This document shows positions 52,223 through 64,000 of a DNA stretch of 64,000 nt, in pieces; position 1 is the first letter of the stretch, and each line of letters begins with the position of its first letter. The notes under the pieces were generated by a model. It saw only the letters and a list, made by a program, of their open reading frames with translations. It searched no databases and was not told the DNA's origin. This stretch comes from Camelus dromedarius (Eukaryota): positions 93,746,001 through 93,810,000 of the forward strand of contig NC_087436.1 of assembly GCF_036321535.1 (NCBI RefSeq), written 5' to 3'. The position numbers and the translations under genes are program-made.

Positions 52223-53439
52223 ATTTCTGCCTCCCTGATCTGTCAGCCTGGTACCTGGGAGGGAACAGGAAAAGACAAAACTGTAGGGAAAACAAAAGTG
52301 TCAGAACCTCCCGAACAGGCCCTGCGGCTACTGCGCTGCCCCTGTGGGAAGACGTGGATTCTAGATGGTCTCCTCAGGCATTAATCACTTTCTCCTGAGC
52401 CAGAAGGAAAATGAAGATTGATAAGAGTAATCTTAAAAAATTACTCCTAAGGGGTTGCATCTGAAAGAACAGAGGGCACAGAGCTGAAGTTTGATGGGAG
52501 TGATCCATCGCTTTTTGATCAGGGCCTGTTTGGTCCTCCCCGACGGTGTCTTCGCACTTGCTGCACTTGGAGACCAGCCAGCAGTCTCGGGGAGCAGGGT
52601 GGATCTTGGAGGCTTACATTATAGAACATCAGAGCCAGAAAGGGACCTTGGAAATCATGTTGCATGACTTAGAGATGAGGTCCAACTCCATGCCCGAGGT
52701 GGTATAGCTCAGTGGAATCAGAAATGGGACTAGAGATTGGGTTGCCCGAATCCTGATCCATTGCCCTCTCAGGGAGGACAGTTGCAGGTGGGAACATTAC
52801 AGGAACTACTTAAGGTAGGGCATCACTGGCTCTAATCCACTGTGGTACAGAACGCAGATCCTGTCGGCATTTAGACACCAGCAAGGTGCTGGGGGCCGGC
52901 TTTTGGGCTGGACGGTACCGAGTAGATGGGTTAGTGAGCTCCAGAAGGGCAGGGGGGCCAGGGTCGCCAGGTGGGAAGACCCCCCTTTCTGGATCAGAGG
53001 GGAGAGCTCCTTGGTTGGAGGAAGGATGCTGGAAGAGTTGGTGGGACCAGTTTTGGAACTCCAGAAATGCAGACAAAAGTTTTTAGATTTTCCATGGGTG
53101 ACCACAGGAACTTCAAAGAGATTTGACCTCAGAAAAATGGCAACTGAATGTGGAATTTTTAAAGAAGAGAGTTGTGTGTGACAAGACACTGTGTGTATTA
53201 CTTTGGGACCCACCCAGGAAAGAAAAGTAGCCAGAAGGAGGGGGACCACAGCAGGACTTCCCTTGAGCATGGTCTCCAAAAGTGATGCCCTCTCTTCACT
53301 TCCTTTTTAAGTAATGTGCTGTCTTGGTCGGGCTGAGACTAGGATGGAAGGGCCTCAGGAGCACAGCGTGGAGCGAGGCCGTGCGCCACCTCTGAGCACA
53401 GGCTGACTTTCTAGATGGGCGGTGGGGGTGCCGCAGGGC

Positions 53440-53990
53440 CCGTGTGTGAGAGGAAGGGGCACTCGGTACCAGCTGTGGCCAGGCCCCGGCTGGGTCCTGG
53501 GGATGAAGAAGGCACAGATCATCTTCACGGAGCTCCGAGGGGAGTGGGGAAGACAGCGCATAAGCAGACGCTCACGGTACCCAGGGCTGAGCGCCATGTG
53601 TCCCAGGGGCGCGGCGGCTCCGAGAAGGCACTCGCCCAGCCTCAGGTGAGGCTGAGACCGTGGCCCGGGCGTGGAGACGGCGGGGCGAACGCAAGAACCC
53701 ACTTAGGATGCTTGAGTGGTAGCAGCGCTGGCAAGGACGGGGTGGCTTCAAGACATTTTCAAGAGGTCAAGCAGGCCGAACACGGGGTTTGGGTACGGAG
53801 TGTGGGGCATGAGGAAGGCCCCGGGTCCTGGCATGGACGACGCCAACTGAGAGAGAACGGGAGGACACAGGGGAGGGCGGAGGCAAGCAGACTTGAGGGC
53901 AGTTGTGCACGGTTGGAGGTTCAAGGGCCTGTGGGCAGCCAGATAAAGATACCCCTGGCCTGGAGTCACCGCAGGGCTCCCTGGGGCAGG
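53440..53990 (-). mobile_element. L2-like relic, unusually GC- and CpG-rich
   Basis: gccaggcccc-gctgggtcctggggat...cacggagctc...gtggggaagacag resembles the antisense L2 3' end. Confidence 0.5.
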
Positions 53991-55023
53991 CAACAGGGAG
54001 GGCTTTTCTGGCCAGACCTTCACGATGGCCGGTTGCCTCCAGCAAGTAGACCCCTCTGCCTTCCCAAAGAAGCCAAGTCTGTCTTGGGGAAAATCTGTCA
54101 CAGTCTGTGAGAACACTGCCAGCTCCTACATTAAGGGAAGTAATACATTCATCTGTGATTATATCTACAGACAAGGATCCTGGCTTAGCACCACACACAA
54201 AGAAATCACTGTGATCCACTACCAGATGGGTAAATCTGGGCATTTATTTTTCATAAACACTTTGAACCGCTGTCCTCAATACTAAGAGTGAGAAATCTAG
54301 TTGTATGGCATGGTTCTTCTGAAGCCAGGTAACGTCACCGGCGATATCCTTTCATCAGTAAAGCGATGCTGAAATCAGTAAAGCACCAGCTGCATGCTCA
54401 CCGCCGCGTCTGAGCTGACGATACAGGTGTCAGGCTGCTGCCGTCGCCCCAGGCCCTGGAGTAAGAGAGGTGTCGCGCAGAATCAAGTGCCTTTGACAGG
54501 ACTTCAGCCTGTGGTGTCTCTGTGTTGCTGTGATCGCCCGTCTACTTTCTCAGCAGCTGCAGCTCTGATCCGCTCTCCGGCCACCTGTTTACACATCAGA
54601 GCCTATTGTTCTGCTTCTGCTGCACCCCCATGTTTGCCACAGTCTCACTCATACAAATTCATGCTCCTCTCGAGCCTGTGTTCTGTTTTGTGGTCATAAT
54701 ATTTATAATCATAATATTTGTTATTACTCTGGATAGAAGTGTCCTATAAAATTCGGTTTTCATTAAGCATTGTTCATTAAGATCCCAGGAGCTCAACAAA
54801 CATAATTTGGGGGACATCCTAGTTATTTTGCTCAGAAATGAATTCCTAATATCCATAAAACTGTTCCTCTGTTTGAGGTAGCTGTTGACACTTATTTTTT
54901 TAACCATCGCATTCTCTGTTTACCTCTGACATGCTGGCTCCTAGCTCAGTTAACATTCACAACCAGAATGTGTGTTGCGTAAGGTTCTTTATCCTAATGT
55001 ACCGATACATTTTGTTTGCACAG

Positions 55024-55138
55024 AGATTTTGCTTATGTAGCAAGAGACAGAGACACAAGAATTTTGAAATGTCATGTATTTCGATGTGACACACCAGCAA
55101 AAGCCATCGCCACGAGTCTCCACGAAATCTGTTCCAAG
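55024..55138 (+). CDS. APBB2: APBB2 coding exon, end of PTB1 ([38 protein letters not shown])
   Basis: tttgtttgcacag| acceptor; 115 nt = 1 + 38 codons; completes the CG codon of exon 3930-4057; AAG|gtaagg donor. Confidence 0.97.
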
Positions 55139-57099
55139 GTAAGGTGGGTCAGGGCACTGTGGCCCGCCCCTCTCTTTTTTCTCACTGCTCCAGCAGGGAA
55201 GGGATGTGGTAGGGGTGGATAGCCTGGCACGTTGACCTGCAAATGGAGCTCAGGGAGAAGCAGGCAGACTGTCAAGTTCAGCCAGTGTTGTTAATACTCT
55301 TGAATGGTGCTCCACCTACAAAAGGAGGACAGCCTTGGTCCCTTCCGCAGTCCGGGGTGTATAATAGGTGGACAGAAGGGTGGCAGGTGTGCTGGTGGAG
55401 ACGCACCATGTACAGCAAGCCCCTCCGGGAAACGTGAAGGGAGTTGGCAGATTTCCGAGGGACAGGGCCCCCTGATCTGAGAGGGAACACGGACAGAAGG
55501 AAGGGAGGTCCCCTTCCTTCTGGGGGGTCTGTGGAAATGCAGGCAGCTAGGGGTGGTCATGAACACACACTGACTTCATGAGAACACACCGCAGCTCATG
55601 AGCACTCTGGCCAGTGGTGAGGCAGGGCTGTGGTCACTGTCACTGGCTCACGATGGTAAGGGTCCCACTTCATTAACCAGAGTCGCAGCCTCAGAAGGAG
55701 AACTGACAGTCGGGTGTCGCAGCCCAGTCTCCCTCCCTCCCTCGCTCCTTCCCTCCAGCGCAGCATCCCCGCACCTCTGCGGGCCCTTCACTGACCTCCA
55801 CCCACAGGTCTGGTACTTTTCAGGAGCCTGCTCTGGGACCAAGTAGCTCTGGCTCTCGTGGAGGCCTTTCTTGTGTGGACCTGAAACCTTCCCCTCTAGA
55901 ACCTCCACGTGGTTACTGGAGACGTGTGGTCTGTGGCAGTGAGAGAGATTCTTTGTCTCTGCCGGCAGCTCTTGGACTGGAGGGCATGTGGAGCCGCACT
56001 GGGCCTGGTTCACATGGCGCTGGATGGGTGTTTGCCGCTGAGCCTTCCTCCTCCCGGCTTCCTCCTTTCTCCAGCATGCCCACCCTGCCTCCTCAGCTGC
56101 TGTCGGGTCCCAGGGTTACCAGGCCCCTAAGCGTCCTCTTCCAGGCACACCCTGCTTGCTTTCCCATGCGTGACCCAGTGTTCCAGAACAGACCATGGCC
56201 ACTCTGACCTTTGACCTCCAAGGATCCATTCTTAGTGACCACGTTACCGGCTGGCTTGGGTTCCAGGAGTGGTGGCCAGGCCTCCAGGACACTGTCCCCA
56301 GCCTCCCTCAGCCAGGCCTTTCCAGTCCCCAGGTGTACTCACTGACCTGAGCAAGGGGTTCATGTCACCCGTGCTGCATGTCACCGTCATGCCTTCAGGC
56401 TGGCACCCTTACACGGCCTCACTCCCACAAGTCCTCGAGCTGCCAGGCCCAGCCTGGTCTCGGAGAAGCAGGAGTGAAGTTCCTGAGGGAGGGGAAGGGA
56501 TGAGAGCTGTCCCCAGTCCCCAGAGAAACAGCACAGCGGTCTGCTGCTCTGACCGTGTGACTGGGCCCTGTGGGGTGGTTGCCGGTCCAGAGAGCCTGTG
56601 TCACCGCAGCCCGATGCACCTTCCTCACGTGCATGCCGCGCTCCCCGGTTTCATTTCCTCATCCATTCACGTAGCAAATGTAATTGAATGCCGTGCATGC
56701 ACCAGGCCCTGTTCTGAGGAGACAGCAGAGGCTAAAACAGAAGATCCTGGCCCTTGTGGAGCTTGTCCTCCAGTGTGAAGCCCTTAGAGCTCGGCCTGGC
56801 CCAGAGCACAAGTCTCCTGCTGTCAGCAGCCCTACTGCCCGCCGTCCCAGGCGCACATCTGGAGACGGCGGAGTGGAGCTCTGGGGGGAAGTGACTTTGT
56901 TCCACCTGGGTGGGAAGGTGGGGCCGGGAATGAGGATGTGAGCTGCTTTGGGGGTCAGTGAAGGTGGATTCTTTCAGTCTTCAAAGCCACAATGCTGTGA
57001 ACAGGGGTGAAAAGCGATGGCTCTCAAGTCAAGGAGATGTTAGCAGCCCCAACAGAGGAGAGTTTGAAAGAGGGCTGACAGATTTAAACAATTTGACAA

Positions 57100-57310
57100 T
57101 AACAACGACACTGGCAGCTAACACTTCGGAGTGTTCATACTTACTCTCAGGACCGACACAGTGTTACTAGGGACAGAAGTACCATCCCCATGTGCGGTGG
57201 AGGAAGTGAACCAGGGCAGGTGACTTGCCCAAGGCCACACAGCTAGTAAGTGGCAGATGTGGGATTTGAACCCATGTACTCTGTCCCCAGAGCCCTGAAG
57301 AGAGTACCCA
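57100..57310 (-). mobile_element. MIR SINE (other MIR fragments at ~18630-18840, 19600-19790, 22430-22640, 24200-24450, 42860-42960, 45040-45180, 48520-48740, 60660-60780, 62400-62540)
   Basis: gtgacttgcccaaggccacacagctagtaagtggcagatgtgggatttgaaccca is a near-consensus MIR core. Confidence 0.85.
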
Positions 57311-57681
57311 AGAGTCACCATCTGGAAGCAGTAGGGGATGTCCGTTGCCCTGGGTTCCACTGACTGCTGTGGGCCAGGGGCTCTGTATACGACTAGGGGT
57401 ATTTTGGGGGTTGTTTCAGTAGAGGTGGGAGCCTGGTAAATGGAAGAATAAATTCTAAATAATTAGGAGACTGTTAGTTACTCTGAGGTACATTCACTAT
57501 TATCCCCAGAGAAAATGGGCACAGCTTTTGAAATATACAGCTCAGAGATACGTGGGTGGGAGGTCAGGCAACAGACCAGAGCCCATTCAACTTGGAAGTG
57601 AAGTCGGCACAGACACCAGCTGGACCAGCTGAAGACCGGAGTCTGTAGCCATGAGCCACAGCTGCGTTTTCTCTTTGTCAG

Positions 57682-57769
57682 ATTATGGCCGAACGGAAGA
57701 ATGCCAAAGCCCTGGCCGGCAGCTCCTTACATGAAAGGACCAACGTGAACCTTGACGTTCCCCTGCAAG
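57682..57769 (+). CDS. APBB2: APBB2 coding exon, PTB1-PTB2 linker (IMAERKNAKALAGSSLHERTNVNLDVPLQ)
   Basis: ttttctctttgtcag| acceptor; 88 nt = 29 codons + 1; CAAG|gtaggt donor; frame continuous. Confidence 0.96.
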
Positions 57770-58366
57770 GTAGGTGGGTCAGGAAGCCGAGGGTCTCAGA
57801 TGGATCCCTGGCGTTTCTGGTCTCCCTAAATCCCTCGTGCCGAGCCTGCACTCGGCCCTCCGTGCATGGCTTAGAGCTGATCTTGTGTCAACAGGGTTCA
57901 GCATGAGGGGACAGGATGCGTTTTGTTGTTGTTGGACAAGATTAAAGAAAAGTATCTTTAGTGGTTTTGATACTCAGGTATAGCCTGTGGTAAGGACCAG
58001 TTGGTTTAAAAATACATGGGCTGATATTTTGGGGAGCTCGGTAAAGTTACTCGTCCTGTCTCTGCGCTCTTTGTGATTACATCTTCTCAGGGTATCAACT
58101 ATACCTAATAAATAGGACATCCAAAGCTGCGACCTAGCATACATCCAAGGGACAGTCACATCTCAACACATAAATTCTAGTTCTGCTTTCAAATGCTTTC
58201 CTACCTAGAAATGAAAAGTGAACGGGACTTTGATTGACAGAGCCCCAGTGTCTGGTGGAAGAAATGCTGTTCTTATAGAATGATTGCCACATTTATCTCT
58301 AGAAACACAGGACATTATGTGTATATCAGAACCATTAAGAAAGATGTGTCGCTTTGTTCCCTGTAG

Positions 58367-58450
58367 TAGATTTTCCAACACCAAAGACTGAGCTGGTCCA
58401 GAAGTTCCACGTGCAGTACTTGGGCATGCTGCCTGTAGACAAACCAGTCG
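58367..58450 (+). CDS. APBB2: APBB2 coding exon, start of PTB2 ((V)DFPTPKTELVQKFHVQYLGMLPVDKPV); alternative start at 58370
   Basis: ctgTAG|TAG| tandem acceptor; 84 nt = 2 + 27 codons + 1; G|gtatgt donor; PTB motif F-x-V-x-YLG. Confidence 0.96.
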
Positions 58451-58964
58451 GTATGTGTCTTCATTATTTGTCTTTACGCTTCGCAAGTTTTGGGTAGTGC
58501 GTGGGAGGTGTTCATCCTCCCATCGGGGTGGGGTCTGCTGTTTTACTCCCTTGCTTTGTCTTGAATCAGACCCTCACGCTGTCACCAGCCAGAGCGCACA
58601 AACAGTGCCAAACAGGGGAACAGTATAGGACAGGCTGAGTTACTCTGATGTGTGATCCCAGAACACAGGGACTCGAACAAAGCAGACCTGGGTTTCTTAT
58701 TCACCCAGCAGTCCAGAGATGTGCAATTCAGGCTGTGGAAGGGCTTTGCCGTCCTGAACCGGGGCTTCCGTTCAGGGGGCACCTGCTTCCATCCTTGTCA
58801 CGTGGTGTGTGGGGATAAGGGGCTGAGGGAGCCCCTGTGCTTTTCTCTTAAGATGGGACCCAGAAGCAGCAGCACATGCAGTGGTCAGCTCACATCCCAG
58901 GAGCAGAATTTAGTTGCTTATGCATACTAAGCTGACAGGAGGCTGGGAGATGTAGCCATTTCCT

Positions 58965-59597
58965 GGGTGGAAAAGGCTGTGGAGAAATCAGAACCTTCGT
59001 GCACTGCTGGGCGTAGGTAAAACGGCACAGCTGCCTTGGGAAACAGTCTGGCAGTTCCTCTAAAGTTAAATATAGGGTTACCGTTTGACCCAGCAGTTCT
59101 CCTGGGCTTATACCCAAGTGGAATGAAAACATCTGTTCCCACCAAACCTCGTACACGGAAGTTCACAGCAGCAGCATCCGTAATAGTCAGGAAGTGGGAA
59201 TAACCCACATGGCCATCAGCTGACAAATGGACAAATCAAATGCACTTCCATGCAGGGGCACTTTAACTGGCAATAAAAAGGAACGAAGTGTTAGACATGC
59301 TGCAACATGGCTGAACCTTGAAAACGATATGCCAAATGAAAGAGAAAGAGCCAGTTGCAGAGGCTGTATGATTCCATTTATGTGAAATGTCCAGAGACAG
59401 GGCTGGGGGCTGGGGGCTGGGAGGAAATGGAGGGGGACTCCTGGAAGGCATGGGGTTTCTTTTTGGATTGATGAAAATGTTCTAAAACTGATTGTGGTGA
59501 TGGGGGCACAACTCTGAACATACTAAAAACCACTGAATTTTGCACTTTGAATGAGTAAGTTGTATGGTGTGTGAATTATATCTCAATAAAGTTGTTA
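58965..59597 (+). mobile_element. L1MB-like 3' end
   Basis: ggaaacagtctggcagttcctc...gatgaaaatgttctaaaactga...tgtgaattatatctcaataaagttgtt. Confidence 0.88.
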
Positions 59598-60110
59598 TCC
59601 CACCTCTCCCCCGCCAGAAATGGCTTGTGGGAACACCCAGCCAAAGGGCCCCGCTGAACAGCGCAGACTGCTCCTGTCCGGGGGCCATCCAGACTGGGCC
59701 TTACTTAACTGACAGAGTACAGTGAAGGATGATCAGGGGATCTGGCAGATGCTGGCTTCTGTTGGGTCCCCCTTTTGAAGCTTCTTTGCTTAGAAAAAGT
59801 TAGCATTTGAGTACTCGGGGCTAGGGGATCTTTGTTGGGGGGAGAGAGAGAGCGAGGGAGAGATGTTCCAGTTAGGACGTGGCATGCTACGTCTCTGGAG
59901 GTTCTCATGAGCCTTCTTTCTGTTGAAAAAGCTGGCATTTCTTTTTTTTTTTTTTTTTTTTTGAGCAATGAAATGCTCAAGTAAAATGTCTTGTCTGGGA
60001 CTACGAATAAAAGACCAGTCTGGACATAGCTGTCACTGGGTGATTTGGGCCCACATCTGAGAGTCAGAAATAGCTTTAGGACCTTTTTCAGTTGTCCCTT
60101 CCATCCACAG

Positions 60111-60226
60111 GAATGGATACCCTGAACAGTGCCATAGAAAGTCTCATGACCTCGTCCAGCAAGGAGGACTGGCCGTCGGTGCACATGAACGTGGCCGATG
60201 CTACTGTGACTGTCATCAGTGAGACG
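60111..60226 (+). CDS. APBB2: APBB2 coding exon, PTB2 (G-MDTLNSAIESLMTSSSKEDWPSVHMNVADATVTVISET)
   Basis: cccttccatccacag| acceptor; 116 nt = 2 + 38 codons; ACG|gtaagg donor. Confidence 0.96.
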
Positions 60227-61695
60227 GTAAGGAGGGTGGCAGATGCAGTTGGTCTTTCTGGGTTACAGTGAGATTTTGGATACAGTAATCTTCCATGAAA
60301 CTTAGGCATGTGCCAAGGCTTGACCTCTGGGGAGCTGTGCTTGCTTGTGATTAAAATAGCCTATGTGCAAAAAACAAAAACTCCTCCCTTTGTGTCTGTA
60401 TCTCTGCACACCTCAGAGGCTTCTAGTCCATTGCTCCTCATTCTTCCTTCCTGCTGTGCCCAGGAGATTGATGTCATTTGCTAGAAGTGACACTGCGATT
60501 CTAACAGTAACTCATTAATGGGGCTTGGTTTTCTGGCCACTCTCCAGGCTCCAGTATTGACTGGGCTGTGTTGTCTGGGGTTGGGGCACAGGAGACGCTT
60601 CTCTCATGGAAGGTCCTATGGTAGCAGGGGCCACGGGTCATCTGGAGAGAAGCCAGCATTAGCCTCAACCCAAATTATCCCAATTTTGTGGTTGAGGAAA
60701 TTGAGGCACAGAGAGGTTAAGTAACTGCCCGTGGTCACACAGCTAGAAGTAGCAGGGTCAGTTTTCCATCCTGCTTCGGTGAAGCACCTGTCATGATAAG
60801 ACCATAAATCCTTGGCCTGCTCTTGCTTCTATCCATGAGCAGCTCACCTTCTAGCCCAGTTCAGTTTCTAAAAAGGAGTAAGCTGCTCACTGGCCCTGCC
60901 TGCCTGCCTCTCCAGCCTGCCACGTGGGATTTTCTTCGAGTCTGCAAACATGTGGTGCCTTTTCCTACCTCAGCACTCTGCCAGGGTTGCTTCTTCTGTG
61001 CTCTGCCCCTTTACATAAGTCAAGGTGTTAATGAGCCAAAAGTTACCATTCTGGATGTATTTACTAATTCAAAAATTGCACATGGCTGCTGCGAAGGATG
61101 TGGTGTTCATAAGAATGACTTCCAGACACTTCTTCACACATCATTATTTGGATACCAGTTTGTGAAAGGGGGGTTAAAAGGGGATTTGACAGCTTTTTGT
61201 TTTACACAGTTTTAGGTAGAAACGTGATTCAATGTGCTGTTTGCTCTGGGGAAAGACACGGATGGAAAGAGCCCATGGCTCCTTTTCTCTTGGTGCTCTG
61301 GGGTTTCCAGTGGGTTTGCCTGGGAGAATGGGTTCTGAGCCACTGGATGGGCAGGATATATAGTTTACATGACATTGCTTCTACCCCGGTGATCCCACGG
61401 GCTTGAGTGCAGCAGTCAGAGAAGGGATCGCACACACCATTTGCAGTGTAGTTCAGAGCGAGATTAAATGCCAGCATGCGGCACCCACAGCAGCAGTGGC
61501 GTCCCCAGACGCATTCAGAAACTAACCTTTCTAGAAAAATGCTACTCCTTTCTAAATTCAGTCTGGCTATGTATTTTTTTTTAATACCACTTCCTGTCTG
61601 CAGCCACACTAAGCAGATGCTGACTTAGGTCCGACTGTGCCTGTGGCTGTTGCCCGGCTTCCCGGAGTGCGGGCTCTCACCAGCGTCTCTTGCAG

Positions 61696-61875
61696 AATGA
61701 AGAGGAAATCCTAGTAGAGTGTCGGGTGCGGTTCCTGTCCTTCATGGGAGTCGGGAAGGATGTGCACACGTTTGCCTTCATCATGGACACTGGGAACCAA
61801 CACTTTGAGTGCCACGTTTTCTGGTGCGAGCCTAATGCCGGGAACGTGTCCGAGGCGGTGCAGGCCGCCTGCATG
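61696..61875 (+). CDS. APBB2: APBB2 coding exon, PTB2 ([60 protein letters not shown])
   Basis: tctcttgcag| acceptor; 180 nt = 60 codons; ATG|gtgagt donor; APP-binding PTB2 core; final exon is beyond the window. Confidence 0.97.
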
Positions 61876-64000
61876 GTGAGTGGCCCTGCGCGAGGGCCTG
61901 GCCCGCGTGCCCTGGGCTTTTGTCTAACATGCTGTCAATTGGAGCAGGGTCACTAACTTAAAAGTAGCAAAGCCTAAGCTCTAAAGTAATGCTTAGCTGT
62001 GCAACAGGGCTGTGGTAAGAACTGCGTTCACAGGTACAACGTAAACCAAGTAGGTAAGAACACCCTCATCCTGTGGGCAGAATCAATGACAAACACTTTG
62101 CCGTCTCAGGAGGCCAGGACACCCGAAGGAAGCAGGACCGGATGGGGCCAAGTGCTTCTGTGCAGACTCCAGTAGCACTGAAAACGATAATCTTCAAAAC
62201 CACAAATTTGAGGATTCCCAATTCTTGACCCCTAATTTCAATATGTGATCAGGAAATGCTGGTCATGCGTGAGTTTTTTGCTCTTTGGAACCAACTCAGT
62301 ACTTTTAAAAAAATTCAGTGTATTGAATGATTTTTATTTCAGATAGTTGGTTTAAGTGCATTGTTCTTACATACTTGGTTTACTTTATGTCTGTGAATGC
62401 AGTTCTTACCACAGCCCGGTTAGGCAGACCTCTTTTATTTATGAGGAAACAGAAGCTCCGGAAAAGGACGGGCCCCAGGGCAGGGCTGGTAAGGGATAGA
62501 GCCTGCGTTCATCCCCAGGTCTCCAGGCAACAAAGCCAGGGCCCTTTGGGCCACGTATATGATTTCAAACAAAAACACCTCATCAGTCATTCTGCAACTG
62601 TCCCTTGAGCTCCTATTATTCTGGGTACTGGCAGAGTTCTAGTAAGGAGGGAGCTGTATAAATGCAGGCATCCAGACCTGGGCTGCATGGTGTATTCTAG
62701 CAATAGCAGGTGTAGTTGGAGGCGAGGCCCATGTCATGTAGGGCCTGTGACCTCACGCCAAGGTGTTATCTTCAGCAAAGATTGTTTAAGCAGAAGAGTG
62801 AATAGACCAAGTTAGGTTTCAAAAGCATACTCTTTTTTAAAAAAAAATGGAGAAAACAAAGCAGAGAAGGGTTGAAAAGACAAGGCTGAAGTGGGGAGAC
62901 AGGCCAGAAGGCCAGTTTACTGCTCCAGGGGAGAGCTGCGTCTGAACCAGGAGTGGCAGTGGGAAGAAACAGGAGCAGGTGATGGAGGCACCTGGCTAGG
63001 GGTGAGGAGTGCTGGATTTGAAGCACCTGCACTTCAGTTAATTCACTCCACTGTTTATGGGCCAGACTCTGGGAAGTTCAAGTGGGACTAAGACATGGTC
63101 CTTGCCTTACAGAGTTTGGGTATATGGAGGAAACACGTTAAACCCAATTTCTGTTATGGCATAGAAAGTACTCTCAGTGAAAGTGTAAGACTGCAGTGGA
63201 TGGAGGAGTAACTGGGAGGAAAGGGGCCCTGAAAATAGATCACACACCAGGCCTGAGGTGAAGGAGTGGCTTGAGGCACACCCTTGGGGCCCTTGCTCGT
63301 TTGTTTGGGGACCGGGGAGAGTCACACAATTTTGAGGCTGAGGGAGGAGAACCAGTGAAGCTGGATTGGAATGGGGGTCACATTTACAGTTGGTCCAAGG
63401 TCCTGATGGTAGATGAAGAGCCTGGGGTTGGGCTTAGCCTGCTGATTGGTTAGTGACTTTGAGACTGGACAGAAGATGCCGTGCGTTCAGGAACAGGTGG
63501 AGTTAAGGGCAGTCTCTGTTTCGTCACAGACAGTACGTTGCTAGGTTAAGAAAGAGGGGGGAAGGATGAGCTGGATGGCAGAGGCAGAGGTGGGGGACAA
63601 GAAGAGAGCCAATTGGCTTTTATCTTAAAAGCCATCTTTGAACTGGAGATGGGAAAAGCGGGGAGAGAAGCCCTGTGCTGTGCATTTATTACCTGACTTC
63701 ATTCTCACCCAAGTCCCTTGTTAGAGCAGTTTCCCCTCGGGTACCATGGGGCCAGGGCTCTGACGCAAATCCACCTGTGTAAAAGGACCAGGGCTGGGTG
63801 GAGGGGAGCTGGGTGGGAGAGTCAAGGTGAACCTCCTGACCACGCACAGGAGGTTGAGATGGGATGAAAGGACTGTGCGAAGAAAATAGAAAGCGGGAGA
63901 GTCTGGCCAAGCAAAAGTGGATGATGACTGTTTAGGTATTTCATGAAATGGAGAAGGATCAGAACAGATGGTTTTAGTCATAAAATGAATGGCTTTCAGC

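Noticed and set aside
52698..52770. ggtatagctcagtgg as a tRNA or tRNA-derived SINE head
   Set aside because: No B-box or cloverleaf follows; the context fits a degenerate antisense MIR.
53415..54110. 231-aa ORF as an independent gene
   Set aside because: No recognisable homology, lies on a GC-rich repeat-like relic, and other frames and strands are also open.
61681..61695. Upstream CAG as an in-frame alternative acceptor (+RLLQ)
   Set aside because: It lies within 4 nt of the likely branch point (ctcac 61676-61680) and lacks its own pyrimidine tract.

Overview
This is mammalian (probably laurasiatherian) genomic DNA, not prokaryotic. It covers the middle-to-3' part of APBB2 (FE65-like 1, an APP-binding adaptor) on the + strand. 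Seven constitutive coding exons encode PTB1, the linker and most of PTB2 (2263-2409, 3930-4057, 55024-55138, 57682-57769, 58367-58450, 60111-60226, 61696-61875). They splice with canonical GT-AG sites into one open frame; the first and last exons of the gene lie outside the window. The ~51-kb intron splitting PTB1 holds the interesting signals: (1) a 6-nt AGAGAG microexon (46537-46542) adding Glu-Arg, with SRRM4-type UGC and NOVA-type YCAY motifs; (2) an internal CpG-island promoter (~34.5-34.9 kb) that could drive a PTB2-only isoform starting at ATG 57685; (3) a candidate in-frame alternative last or poison exon at 6384 with AATAAA on its stop codon. There is also a TAGTAG tandem acceptor. 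The rest is ordinary intron with L1, L2, MIR, MaLR/ERVL LTRs and hAT/Tigger MITEs, including a probable L1 3' transduction and GC-shifted old repeats. Repeat family names are from recalled consensus sequences and boundaries without target-site duplications are approximate. I found no CRISPR, rRNA or tRNA and no clearly new biological system; almost all ORF-track entries are non-coding noise or L1 ORF2 debris.
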